A stretch of 64,000 nucleotides of DNA from an uncultured Gammaproteobacteria bacterium (GTDB lineage Bacteria; Patescibacteriota; Patescibacteriia; SG8-24; DYFX01). Position numbers and translations under genes: made by a program. The stretch covers positions 41,512-105,511 of the forward strand of contig CAYOJH010000001.1 in assembly GCA_964404275.1 (NCBI GenBank), written 5' to 3'. Below the pieces are notes generated by a model. That model did not search any database and was not told where the DNA came from. It saw only the letters and a program-made list of their open reading frames with translations. Positions 1 to 8,284 of the stretch are shown one piece after another (position 1 is the stretch's first letter; each line of letters opens with the position of its first letter).

Positions 1-174
1 GGCGCGGAAGGAACCGCGCGTTTCATCGAAGGTGTCGATTTTGGCAAGCGCCTTCAAGAAGACCTGGGACGTCAGGTCCTCGGCCGTCTCGCGGTGCTGG
101 GTGCGGTAATAGACGTAGCGATAGACGTCGCGCACATGCGCGTCGTACATCGATGCGAAGCGGTTGGAATCCAT
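1..174 (-). CDS. ECF-type RNA polymerase sigma factor, N-terminal part; the gene continues beyond the window start
   Basis: Minus-strand translation from the ATG at 172-174 gives MDSNRFASMYDAHVRDVYRYVYYRTQHRETAEDLTSQVFLKALAKIDTFDE, a typical sigma-70 region 2 / ECF signature. It is truncated by the window edge. Confidence 0.55.
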   Translation of the reverse strand, partial: MDSNRFASMYDAHVRDVYRYVYYRTQHRETAEDLTSQVFLKALAKIDTFDETRGSFRA

Positions 175-224
175 GGGAGCGCTCTCACCAGTGTACTACG
201 GAAGGCTTTTCGGAAGGTAACATC

Positions 225-255
225 AAAAAGAAAAACCCGGAACCGGAGTTCCGGG
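225..255 (-). terminator. Rho-independent terminator for the 256-654 gene
   Basis: Hairpin cccggaaccggagttccggg (236-255) lies just after the stop codon at 256-258 and is followed on the minus strand by a T-run (plus-strand A-run 225-235). Confidence 0.5.
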
Positions 256-654
256 CTAGCAATCGCGGCGTTCGGGCGTCTGGTTCAGCACCTGAGCCTC
301 GATTGAGGTGAATTCTCGCCAGGCCGTACCGCCGACCGCTTCCGGACGGAAGGCGGCGATCTTGTGGCAATTCTGGAAAGCCAGGCGAACGCCGAAGCGC
401 TCCTCGACCGCCGTGCGGATGGCGGTGCCGGCCATCAGGCGCAAGAGCTGCTGGCGAACGCCGTCATCCATCTGCGGAGGCGCGTGCAGCGCGCGATCGG
501 CGTCCGGCTCGGCTTCGAGCCGCTTGGCCAGATCGGCGACGATGTGGAACGCGTCATGCAGCGAGTCGTGCACGACGCGGACGAACGTCGCGTTCGTGAC
601 GGAACGGCCGGCCTTGGCGTCTTCGATGATCGGTTGCGGAACGTTGAGCGACAT
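256..654 (-). CDS. Hypothetical protein (132 aa), last gene of the Fur-family / ATPase unit
   Basis: ORF with terminator immediately downstream; co-directional with and 75 bp after the CooC/ArsA-like ATPase. No motif recognised. Confidence 0.45.
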   Translation of the reverse strand: MSLNVPQPIIEDAKAGRSVTNATFVRVVHDSLHDAFHIVADLAKRLEAEPDADRALHAPPQMDDGVRQQLLRLMAGTAIRTAVEERFGVRLAFQNCHKIAAFRPEAVGGTAWREFTSIEAQVLNQTPERRDC

Positions 655-728
655 GTCTCCCCTTTTTCTGTTCTCCGGCGTCCGTCGCCGGCCTCGCGCC
701 CTTTCAAGGAAGCGGGACCGGCGACCGA

Positions 729-1667
729 CTAGGCCGGATAGCGGAATTCGAGATCGACTTGTCCGGAAAGATCCGTGCCGACCGCGGCGTTGGCCCAGGA
801 AACGGCGTTCTTGAGATGGAACTCGATCGACTGGCGCTGCATCGCTTGCCAGTCGCGCGTGCGGGCGTCGAGCGCGCCGCGCAGCCTTTCGAGCGCTCCA
901 AGGACGCGGGGCTCGAGTTCCGTGATCGCGGGCGCTTCCCCGCGCTCCATGGCGCGCACGAAGTTCGAGCGCGGGACGGAAGCCAGCAAGGCGTCGCCGA
1001 CGCGCTCGCGCAAGAACGCTTCATCCTCGGCATCTTCGATCTTATTGCCGACGACCGCGAAGGAAAGGCGGTAGCCGTCCGCGTACTGGCGATACTGCTC
1101 CCAGACGCCAAGCGCCTGGCGCGTCGGTTCCGCCACGACCACGAGCAAGTCGAATTTGGCGAACAGCCCCGAAGCGAAGGCGTCGGCGCCGGCCGTCATG
1201 TCGACCACCACGTATTCGTCTTTCCCGTCGATCAGGTGATTGAGCAGGAGTTCGACCGCGCCCGTTTTCGAGTGAAAGCATTTCACCCCGATGTCTCCGC
1301 TCTCGAATTCGCCGGTCGCGAGATGCGTCACGCCGTCGATCGCGCGCCCGAAAGCCGTGAAGATCGGGTTGCGCTCGTTGAAGCGCAGGAGGCGCGAGCC
1401 TCGTCCGGGCGGCGTCGTTTTGACCATCTCGTCGGCCGAAGCGATGCGCGGATTCGCGCCGCGCACGTATTCCTTGAGCAGGCGCATGTCGGCGGCGAGC
1501 GCGAGCGCCTGAAACGTATCCGGAGCGCCGAGCGCGGCGGCCAGATGCTGATTGATGTCCGCGTCGATCGCCAAGACCGGCTTGCCGAGCAAGGCGAGAT
1601 ACCGGGAGAAGAGGGCGGCCAGCGTCGTCTTGCCGCTGCCGCCTTTGCCCACGAAAGCGATTCTCAT
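729..1667 (-). CDS. P-loop ATPase of the MinD/ParA superfamily, CooC/ArsA-like (possible metal-insertion or maturation factor)
   Basis: Deviant Walker A MRIAFVGKGGSGKTTLAAL at the N-terminus. VVDMTAGADAF resembles the CooC DMEAG / ArsA DTAPTGH switch motif. The start ATG at 1665-1667 overlaps the upstream Fur-family gene stop by one base. The long upstream extension of the raw ORF is probably not translated. Confidence 0.65.
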   Translation of the reverse strand: MRIAFVGKGGSGKTTLAALFSRYLALLGKPVLAIDADINQHLAAALGAPDTFQALALAADMRLLKEYVRGANPRIASADEMVKTTPPGRGSRLLRFNERNPIFTAFGRAIDGVTHLATGEFESGDIGVKCFHSKTGAVELLLNHLIDGKDEYVVVDMTAGADAFASGLFAKFDLLVVVAEPTRQALGVWEQYRQYADGYRLSFAVVGNKIEDAEDEAFLRERVGDALLASVPRSNFVRAMERGEAPAITELEPRVLGALERLRGALDARTRDWQAMQRQSIEFHLKNAVSWANAAVGTDLSGQVDLEFRYPA

Positions 1668-1668
1668 A

Positions 1669-2085
1669 TCAACGGCACTTCTTGCACAGGCCGAACAGTT
1701 CGAACGAGTGGCGCAAGAGCTTGAAGCCCGCGCGCGTGGCGATACGGCGTTCGGCGGCTTCGAGCTCGGCATCCGCGTCGATGTCCTGGACCCTGCCGCA
1801 TTCCAGGCAGACCGCATGATGGTGATGCGTGCCCGCAAGCTCGTAGAGCATCGCACGGCCTTCAAAGCGCACCGACTCCGCGATGCCTTCGGCAACGAGG
1901 AATTCCAGCTCGCGATAGACCGTGGCGCGATCGACGCCCGTCTTTTTCTTTTTGAGCGACGTCAAAATATCCGCCGCACCGATCGGCGAGGGCGAGGCGT
2001 CCAGGAGCGCGATGATCGCTTTGCGAGCGGCGGTTAAACGATGGCCATCGCGCTGCAGACGATCAAAAATGGCGGCGTTTTTCAT
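1669..2085 (-). CDS. Fur-family transcriptional regulator (Fur/Zur/PerR)
   Basis: 138 aa with HHHHAVCLECGRV ... HSFELFGLCKKC, i.e. the HHH-x-C-xx-C and C-terminal CxxC metal sites of the Fur family, plus an N-terminal winged-helix region. Confidence 0.8.
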   Translation of the reverse strand: MKNAAIFDRLQRDGHRLTAARKAIIALLDASPSPIGAADILTSLKKKKTGVDRATVYRELEFLVAEGIAESVRFEGRAMLYELAGTHHHHAVCLECGRVQDIDADAELEAAERRIATRAGFKLLRHSFELFGLCKKCR

Positions 2086-2118
2086 ACGCCGCCATCTTAA
2101 TGCGACTTTGTCGCACTG

Positions 2119-2685
2119 TCAACCCTCGCGCGCGGTCTTGAGCGCCTTGGCCCACCAATCAAGCTGCGCCAACGTGCCGGCAAGTTTCTTCTCCTGCATC
2201 TCGTCGGCCTTGAAGCCCTCCGCGGAAAGCGCTGACCAGACATTCATGAGATGCACCGCTTCGCGGATGTCATGCATCTGGAGCTCGCCCGCGACTTGGC
2301 GCAGCTGCTCGACGGAACGCGCGCCGCCGACGCTGCCGTACGCCACGAAGCCGACGGGCTTGTTGTTCCATTCGGCGTAGAGATAATCGAGCGCGTTCTT
2401 CAGCACGGCGGGATAGCCGTGATTGTATTCGGGCGCGATGACGATGAAGGCGTCGAGCCCGGCGATCTTCTTGGACCATTCTTTGGCCAGATCGACGGAG
2501 TAGTCGCCCTTCAGCGCCATGACCGTCGCCTTCTCGTTGAAAAACGGCAGCGGCCAGTCGCGCAGGTCGATGAGTTCCGGATTCCAGCCCTCGACGGTTT
2601 TCGCGCGCTCGAACACCCATTTGCCGACGGGTTCGCTGACGCGATTCGGGCGCGTGCTTCCGAGAATGATGCCGACGTTGATCAT
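2119..2685 (-). CDS. NAD(P)H-dependent FMN reductase family protein
   Basis: 188 aa; MINVGIILGSTRPNRVSE ... flavodoxin-like fold typical of the SsuE/ArsH/YieF family. Confidence 0.75.
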   Translation of the reverse strand: MINVGIILGSTRPNRVSEPVGKWVFERAKTVEGWNPELIDLRDWPLPFFNEKATVMALKGDYSVDLAKEWSKKIAGLDAFIVIAPEYNHGYPAVLKNALDYLYAEWNNKPVGFVAYGSVGGARSVEQLRQVAGELQMHDIREAVHLMNVWSALSAEGFKADEMQEKKLAGTLAQLDWWAKALKTAREG

Positions 2686-2688
2686 AAA

Positions 2689-3087
2689 TTATTCTTTTTT
2701 GAATTTGAGCGAAGCGGAGTTGACGCAGAAGCGCTTGCCCGTCGTTTCCTTCGGTCCGTCGTCGAAGACGTGGCCGAGGTGCGAGCCGCAGCGCGCGCAC
2801 ATGATCTCCGTGCGGGCCATGCCGAAGCTCTTGTCGACCGCCGTTTTGATCTTCGAAGGATCCACGGCTTGCCAGAAGCTCGGCCAGCCGGAACCGGAAT
2901 CGTATTTCGCGTCGGACTTGAAAAGTTCCGCGCCGCAGCCGCGGCACATGTAGGTGCCGTGCTCTGTATTGTGGTAGAGCTCGCCGGAACCGGGCGGTTC
3001 GGTCCCCTTCTCGCGCAAGATGTGATACTCCTCCGGCGTCAGGGCTTCCTGCCATTCGGCGTCTGAGCGTTTGAAATCTTCAGGCAT
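2689..3087 (-). CDS. msrB: Peptide-methionine (R)-S-oxide reductase MsrB
   Basis: 132 aa with two CxxC pairs (CRGCG ... [12 protein letters not shown]) and the RFCVNS catalytic-Cys motif diagnostic of MsrB/SelR. Confidence 0.9.
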   Translation of the reverse strand: MPEDFKRSDAEWQEALTPEEYHILREKGTEPPGSGELYHNTEHGTYMCRGCGAELFKSDAKYDSGSGWPSFWQAVDPSKIKTAVDKSFGMARTEIMCARCGSHLGHVFDDGPKETTGKRFCVNSASLKFKKE

Positions 3088-3149
3088 AGATATGTGATCA
3101 GACGGATGACTGCCGGGCGTTCTTACCCGGCAATGGTCTTATCCTAGCA

Positions 3150-3181
3150 CAAAAAGAAAAACGTCCCGATCATCGTGATCG
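3150..3181 (-). terminator. Rho-independent terminator after the TPM-domain gene
   Basis: Hairpin cgatcatcgtgatcg (3167-3181) just past the stop at 3189-3191, followed on the minus strand by a T-run (plus-strand aaaaagaaaaa). Confidence 0.45.
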
Positions 3182-3188
3182 AGACGCG

Positions 3189-3929
3189 TCAGAGATCTCC
3201 GCCTGCTCCCCCGCCGTCGAAGCCGCCTCCGCCTCCGAAACCGCCGAAGCCGCCTCCGTCGCTGCCCCCGCCGGAAGTCCCTCCTCCGAAGAAGCCTCCG
3301 CCCGAGGAAGAACCGCCTCGGCCGCCATCGGCCCAAGCGATCAGCAAGGCGAGTCCCGTCACTCCGCCCAGGCCGCCGAGGATGATCAACATCCAGACCC
3401 ACCAGGCCCAGCCGCCGTCGACGGCAGCCGAAGCTTTGGGCGGCGTCCGTTCGGCGAGCGGCATCGTGCCGAGCGCGGCGATCACGGCGTGTGCGCCGTC
3501 GATCACCGCTTGGGCATGCTGGCCGCTCTTCGAAGTCGGGCTGATCGTCTTGCGGATGATCCGGCTCGTGACGGCGTCCGTCAGATACGGTTGGACGCCG
3601 CCGGCGACCGCGATGAAGACCTTGTGGTCGCCGAAAGCGAAGAGCATCACGACGCCGTTGTTCTTGCCTTCCGCGCCGACGCCCCAGGTTCTGCCGATCT
3701 GCGTGGCGAATTCCATGGGATCCCGGCCGTCGAGCGACGGCACGGTCACGACCGCGATCTCGATCGACGTCGCCTTCTCGAAGGAAGCGAGGTCGGTCTC
3801 GAGCGCTTGCGCGGCGGCGGGCGAAAGGACGTTATCGTAGTCGTTGACGTAGCCCATCGGCTTGCTCGGCAGGTCGAAACCCGCGAGCAGCGCGACGGCG
3901 GCGAAGAGCATCAGGATGCGCGTGCGCAT
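3189..3929 (-). CDS. TPM-domain (TLP18.3/Psb32/YgcG-like) protein with C-terminal TM segment and Gly-rich tail
   Basis: Signal-like N-terminus, then GYVNDYDNVLSPAAAQALETDL..IEIAVVTVPSL.G (the TPM phosphatase-domain signature), a TM helix, and a GGGFGG low-complexity tail. Confidence 0.7.
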   Translation of the reverse strand: MRTRILMLFAAVALLAGFDLPSKPMGYVNDYDNVLSPAAAQALETDLASFEKATSIEIAVVTVPSLDGRDPMEFATQIGRTWGVGAEGKNNGVVMLFAFGDHKVFIAVAGGVQPYLTDAVTSRIIRKTISPTSKSGQHAQAVIDGAHAVIAALGTMPLAERTPPKASAAVDGGWAWWVWMLIILGGLGGVTGLALLIAWADGGRGGSSSGGGFFGGGTSGGGSDGGGFGGFGGGGGFDGGGAGGDL

Positions 3930-3936
3930 CGTCGCC

Positions 3937-4536
3937 TCACTTCTTCCCGAAGTCGACGCGCGGCGCCTGATCGGCGCCGCCGGCGGCCTTGAAGGATTCC
4001 TTGTGCTGGTAGCCCGCGAACTTCGCGCCGCAGCCCGTCATGACGCCGCGCCCGGCCTTGTTGTAGGTCGCGACGGCGTCGTTGTAGTTCTGCCGGGCCA
4101 CGTTGATGCGGTTCTCGGTGCCTTCGAGCTGCGACATCAGGTCTTGATAGAGCGGCGCCGATTGCAGCTGCGGGTAGTTCTCGCTGATCGCGAGGAGCTT
4201 CCCGAGCGACGCGCCGAGTCCGGCCTGCGCCCTCTCGTAGGCTTCCACCTTGGCGGGGTCGGACAGGTCGTCGACCGTGAGCTTCACCTGCGTGGCTTCA
4301 GCCCGCGCTTTGGTGACGCTCTCGAAGACGTCAGTCTCGTGTTCCGCGTAGCCTTGCACCGTCTTGACCAGGTTCGGGACGAGATCCGTCCTTCGCTGGT
4401 AGGAACTCTCGACGTTGCCCCAGGCCTTCTGGACGTTTTCGTCCGCGTTGACCGTGGCTTGATAGCCGTTGCAGGTCACGCCTCCGAACACCACCAGAAC
4501 GCCGAGCACGATTGCGGGAACGGTCCATTTGCCCAT
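3937..4536 (-). CDS. LemA family protein
   Basis: N-terminal TM helix (WTVPAIVLGVLVVFGG), then NADENVQKAWGNVESSYQRRTDLVPNLVKTVQGYAEHE, characteristic of LemA. The probable start is MGKW at 4536; the longer ORF to 4641 is probably an extension. Confidence 0.75.
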   Translation of the reverse strand: MGKWTVPAIVLGVLVVFGGVTCNGYQATVNADENVQKAWGNVESSYQRRTDLVPNLVKTVQGYAEHETDVFESVTKARAEATQVKLTVDDLSDPAKVEAYERAQAGLGASLGKLLAISENYPQLQSAPLYQDLMSQLEGTENRINVARQNYNDAVATYNKAGRGVMTGCGAKFAGYQHKESFKAAGGADQAPRVDFGKK

Positions 4537-4665
4537 GTCTCTCTCCTCATTGGCAGTGCATCTGCCGCCGCAAAGATAGCAGCCGCGCGCAAAAACGTCA
4601 ACGCCCTTGCGCGCGCCGAAAGAATGTTCCATTCTGACCATAACGTCCTTTCAAAGGAGCACGAG

Positions 4666-5334
4666 ATGAAAAAAGCCGACGGCGGCGGAGACGACGAAAT
4701 CGAACCCGATGACCCGGCTGAAGGCGAGGCGGAAGTGGCGCGATTCGAGGCGCTGCTCGGCCTGTATCCGCTCGACCGCGCCAGCGAGATCACCAAGGCC
4801 TACTTCGAAGCCCTGCCGCCGAACGACGGCGTGTTCCTGCCCGAGACGAGCGCCGAAGAGCTCGAAGCCGAGATGGCTGACGCATTCGCGCTGCCCGATG
4901 ACGCTTCGGATGAGGATCGCGCCGAAGTCGAGCAGATGAAGCAGGGGTTCCGACAGATCCGCGGCAAAAAAGTTTCCGAGATCGAAACGACGCCGGAAGA
5001 GGATGCGCAGTTCTACGCAGAGGAAGCCCTTACCGGCCTCCGACAGCTCTTCAGCGGTTGGGCGCAGACGCTCTATCTCTGGGAGAAGCAGGAAGGTGCG
5101 GGCGCCCGTCTGACGGACACGTTCGAACCGACCGGACCGATCCGCGCCTTCGGCGGCAAGACCTGGCAGGAAATCGCTGGCACGCCGACGCCCTTCACGG
5201 CCGACGAGATCGCCGAGCTCCACGCCGTCTTCGCCGCCAAGCTGCGCGCCGCGATCGACGCCGATCCGACCTTCCGGCTGGCGAGCGACTGGACCATCAA
5301 GAAAGACGCGCAAGGCTACCACCTCGTGCCCTGA
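4666..5334 (+). CDS. Hypothetical acidic protein (222 aa)
   Basis: ATG at 4666 preceded by aaggag. The upstream part of the 3862-5334 raw ORF is antisense to LemA and is rejected. A terminator follows. Confidence 0.5.
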   Translation: MKKADGGGDDEIEPDDPAEGEAEVARFEALLGLYPLDRASEITKAYFEALPPNDGVFLPETSAEELEAEMADAFALPDDASDEDRAEVEQMKQGFRQIRGKKVSEIETTPEEDAQFYAEEALTGLRQLFSGWAQTLYLWEKQEGAGARLTDTFEPTGPIRAFGGKTWQEIAGTPTPFTADEIAELHAVFAAKLRAAIDADPTFRLASDWTIKKDAQGYHLVP

Positions 5335-5366
5335 CCCTGTACCGGACGGTACAGGGTTTTTCTTTT
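5335..5366 (+). terminator. Rho-independent terminator
   Basis: Hairpin ccctgtaccggacggtacaggg followed by tttttctttt, directly after the stop at 5332-5334. Confidence 0.6.
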
Positions 5367-5370
5367 GCGC

Positions 5371-5398
5371 AAAATCAAAACCCGACCGAACGGTCGGG
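5371..5398 (-). terminator. Rho-independent terminator downstream of tRNA-Gln
   Basis: Hairpin cccgaccgaacggtcggg preceded on the plus strand by aaaatcaaaa (a T-run on the minus strand), just 3' of the minus-strand tRNA. Confidence 0.5.
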
Positions 5399-5404
5399 CC
5401 TTGA

Positions 5405-5478
5405 TGGCTCGGGGACTTGGATTCGAACCAAGATTCACGGCTTCAAAGGCCGCTGTCCTACCATTGGACGATCCCCGA
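5405..5478 (-). tRNA. tRNA-Gln (anticodon TTG)
   Basis: Reverse complement folds as a cloverleaf: acceptor UCGGGGA/UCCCCGA, anticodon stem GCGGC/GCCGU with loop CUUUGAA (anticodon UUG), T-arm CUUGG-UUCGAAU-CCAAG, CCA encoded. 74 nt. Confidence 0.8.
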
Positions 5479-5546
5479 ACGCGTTCCTAATCTAATGAAT
5501 TTTTTGAATCACGTCCAGCCGCGTGTTGTGCTATCATCAGTCCGTT

Positions 5547-6857
5547 ATGCCCACCCATCAAGAAAAAGTCGCCCGGATCGCTGCGCAACTTAAAGCTCGG
5601 ACGAGCACGGAGCCGGTCAGTTTGAAGAAGCGGGCCGTGTCCCACGAGGTACCGAAGCTGAACGACAAGCGTTTCGGCGACGAGAAAATCGACGTCAGCG
5701 ATCTCGATCAGGTGTTGTCGATTGATGCCGAGCGCCGCGTCTGCGTGGCCGAACCGGGCGTGACCTTCGTCGATCTGGTCGAAGCGACGCTCAAACACGG
5801 TCTCGTGCCGATCGTCGTGCCGGAACTCAAGACCATCACGATCGGCGGCGCGGTCGCGGGTTGCTCGATCGAATCGATGTCGTACGTGCATGGCGGTTTT
5901 CATGACACCTGCCTCGAATACGAAATCATCACCGCCAAGGGCGAGGTCTTGATCTGCGCGCCCGAGAACGCGCATCGGCTGGTCTTCGAGATGGCGCACG
6001 GCACCTTCGGCACGCTCGGCGTCATCGCCAAGCTGACCTTCAAGCTCATCCCGGCCAAGCCGTTCGTCAAAGTCACGTATGAAAAATATCCCGACCTCGA
6101 AGCGTACAAGGCGGCGATCTGGAAACGCTACGAGGCGCGCGATGTCGATTTCATGGACGGCATCATCCACTCGCCGACCGAGCTCGTACTCAGCCTCGGG
6201 CAGTTCGTCGACGAAGCGCCTTACGCGCATCGATACGACTGGATGCGCGTCTATTACTTGAGCACCAAAGAGCGCAAAGAGGATTACTTGCGCACGGCCG
6301 ATTATTTCTTCCGCTACGACAAAGGCGTGACCAACGTGACGCCGAAGTCATGGCTCGGCCGCCTGGTGTTCGGCAAATTCATCGACTCGTCGCGGATCCT
6401 CAAGCTCGTCTACTTCTTGCGCCGCTGGCTGCCGAAGGACGCGATCCCCGTCACGCTCGACACCTTTATCCCCTTCTCGCGGATGACCGAGTTCTTCGAC
6501 TGGTACAAAAAAGAAATCGACTTCTTCCCGCTCTGGTGCGTGCCGTACAAGCGCATGCATCTCTACGAATGGATCAATCCGGAATTCGTGCAGAAAGCGC
6601 CCGACGAGCTCTATCTCGACATCGCCATCTACGGCTTGAAACGGAACGACGGAAAAAATTACTACAAACTGTTCGAGAACGAGCTGCTCGAGATCGGCGG
6701 ACTCAAGACGCTGATCACGCCGAATTATTATTCCGAAGAGGATTTCTGGAAGGTCTGGAACAAGGACAACTACCAAGCCGTCAAAAAGATCGTCGATCCC
6801 GACAACATTTTCAGGGGCCTGTACGAAAAGACCTGCCGCGCGACGCGCGGGCAGTGA
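5547..6857 (+). CDS. FAD-binding oxidoreductase (PCMH-type FAD_binding_4 domain, DWARF1/DIMINUTO-like FAD-linked oxidase)
   Basis: N-terminal FAD-binding segment (VSDLDQVLSIDAERRVCVAEPGVTFVDLVEATLKHGLVPIVVPELKTITIGGAVAGCSIESMSYVHGG), a typical PCMH FAD domain, with a long C-terminal substrate domain. ATG at 5547; the raw ORF starts at GTG 5523. Confidence 0.7.
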   Translation: MPTHQEKVARIAAQLKARTSTEPVSLKKRAVSHEVPKLNDKRFGDEKIDVSDLDQVLSIDAERRVCVAEPGVTFVDLVEATLKHGLVPIVVPELKTITIGGAVAGCSIESMSYVHGGFHDTCLEYEIITAKGEVLICAPENAHRLVFEMAHGTFGTLGVIAKLTFKLIPAKPFVKVTYEKYPDLEAYKAAIWKRYEARDVDFMDGIIHSPTELVLSLGQFVDEAPYAHRYDWMRVYYLSTKERKEDYLRTADYFFRYDKGVTNVTPKSWLGRLVFGKFIDSSRILKLVYFLRRWLPKDAIPVTLDTFIPFSRMTEFFDWYKKEIDFFPLWCVPYKRMHLYEWINPEFVQKAPDELYLDIAIYGLKRNDGKNYYKLFENELLEIGGLKTLITPNYYSEEDFWKVWNKDNYQAVKKIVDPDNIFRGLYEKTCRATRGQ

Positions 6858-6867
6858 CGGACCTTCA

Positions 6868-7773
6868 TCAAGCCACCAGCCAGGTACCGAGGATCATGCA
6901 CGCGATCGCGACGAGCTTGCGGAGCAGCAATTTGCGATTCAATTCTTCGCGCAGGATGGCCGGGCGATAGACGCTGATCAGCACGGTCAGGAGCAGCAGG
7001 AACAGCGGATTGGTGCCGACGACCGCGTTGACGAGCGTGATGTAGCCGGTCGAGGCGGCGAAGAGGATGAAGATCGTGGTGACCGAAGTCACGCCCTCGC
7101 TGACGAGCGTCGCCACAAGCACGCGCGCGCCGTGCGTGCGCACCGAAGACCGGAAGACGCCGTAGCCTTCGCGCATGAACGGCACCGTCGCGAAGAGCGT
7201 GCCGAGCTTGCTGTAGGCGAAGATCGCCCACGGGTCGAGCGAATCAAGCGCGAATTTGATCGCGACCACGCCGACGGCCACGAGCCCGACCGACAGAAGC
7301 ATCCAGGCCATGCCTTTGCCGAAGCGGAAGCCGCGCAAGCGCTTGAGCGAAAGCAGAATCGCCCCGCCGCTGATAAGAAGGACCCCGAGGTATTTCACGG
7401 GCGACAGAACTTCGTGCAGGAATCCGGCCGCCAGGATGGCGACGATGACCGGCGTGAGATCGTAGAGCGGCACGACGCGCGAAATCTCTTCGACTTTGAC
7501 GGCTTGGAAATAGCAGAGCGACGAGGCCGCGAAGGCCGCGCCGGCCGCGAGCGTGACGAGGAGCGGCGCGAGCGGCAGCCGCGGGAATCCGAGGATCGCA
7601 AGCGCGGCGAATCCGGAAAGCGCTTCGATCGCGCCGAAAACGAAGTACGAGCCGGTCGGCTTCGTCATCCAGTTCGACAAGACGGCCTTGTCGATCACGC
7701 TGGTGAAGGCGATCGCGGCGGCGGCGATGAGCGAATAGAGGATCCAGAGCGGCATGAGCGTCCAGTGTAGCAT
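6868..7773 (-). CDS. EamA/DMT-superfamily transporter (10-TM permease)
   Basis: Highly hydrophobic 301-aa product with two EamA-like halves. Start taken at MLHWTLMPLW (ATG 7771-7773). The longer raw ORF to 8226 is a GC-driven extension. Confidence 0.65.
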   Translation of the reverse strand: MLHWTLMPLWILYSLIAAAAIAFTSVIDKAVLSNWMTKPTGSYFVFGAIEALSGFAALAILGFPRLPLAPLLVTLAAGAAFAASSLCYFQAVKVEEISRVVPLYDLTPVIVAILAAGFLHEVLSPVKYLGVLLISGGAILLSLKRLRGFRFGKGMAWMLLSVGLVAVGVVAIKFALDSLDPWAIFAYSKLGTLFATVPFMREGYGVFRSSVRTHGARVLVATLVSEGVTSVTTIFILFAASTGYITLVNAVVGTNPLFLLLLTVLISVYRPAILREELNRKLLLRKLVAIACMILGTWLVA

Positions 7774-7839
7774 TTTTCCGCGTTGACAGTCGCCCGCCGT
7801 GCCTTTACCGTGGTCGCAGGCCACACGGGGAAGGCACCG

Positions 7840-8229
7840 ATGCAACCAAAAACGGTCGAGGTCATCAAGGTCCGCAATCTCGAACGCACCAAACGCTTCT
7901 ACGAAACGCTCGGATACGCGCTCGTCGAAGAATCCCATGACGGCGGGCCGGTCCACTATTCGGTGGATTTCGGAACGTATCTCTGGGAATTCTACCCGTC
8001 CACGTCCAATGGAAATCCGTCGCCGCCGACGAAAGGCCGCTTCCTGATCGTCGAGACGGAGGCTTTCGACCGTGTCCTCGCGCTCTGCGTCGAATGGGGA
8101 CTCCGGCGCGATCCGGTTTCGTACCATGATCCGCCTCGCAGGCTGCGCGTCACGACCGTCGCCGATCCGGACGGCTGGCTGCTCCACGTCCAAGAAACCG
8201 CGCCCGACGCGAACCCGCCCGTCCATTGA
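7840..8229 (+). CDS. VOC (glyoxalase/bleomycin-resistance/dioxygenase) family protein
   Basis: About 130 aa; VIKVRNLERTKRFYETLGYALVEE ... is a typical VOC beta-alpha-beta-beta-beta module start. Start at MQPKTVEV. Confidence 0.55.
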   Translation: MQPKTVEVIKVRNLERTKRFYETLGYALVEESHDGGPVHYSVDFGTYLWEFYPSTSNGNPSPPTKGRFLIVETEAFDRVLALCVEWGLRRDPVSYHDPPRRLRVTTVADPDGWLLHVQETAPDANPPVH

Positions 8230-8284
8230 CCGGCGGTTTTTTCATGTTAAAGTCTGGACGTCCGTGTGGACAAAAGGAGTTCCG

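Noticed and set aside
759-1724. 321-aa plus-strand ORF antisense to the CooC/ArsA-like ATPase gene
   Set aside because: High-GC genomes generate long stop-free antisense frames. The product is Arg/Ala-rich with no motifs, whereas the minus-strand frame carries a clear Walker A ATPase.
2251-3066. 271-aa plus ORF and 261-aa minus ORF overlapping the FMN reductase and msrB genes
   Set aside because: The msrB and FMN-reductase frames have diagnostic motifs. These alternative frames are Arg-rich low-complexity shadows.
3175-3840. Pro/Lys-rich ORF (PPPPKPPKPP...)
   Set aside because: It is the antisense reading of the Gly-rich C-terminal tail of the TPM-domain gene. No independent support.
5504-5537. 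Possible promoter TTGAAT ... TATCAT upstream of the FAD oxidoreductase gene
   Set aside because: Spacer between the hexamers is 22 nt, too long for a sigma-70 promoter. Not reported as a feature.
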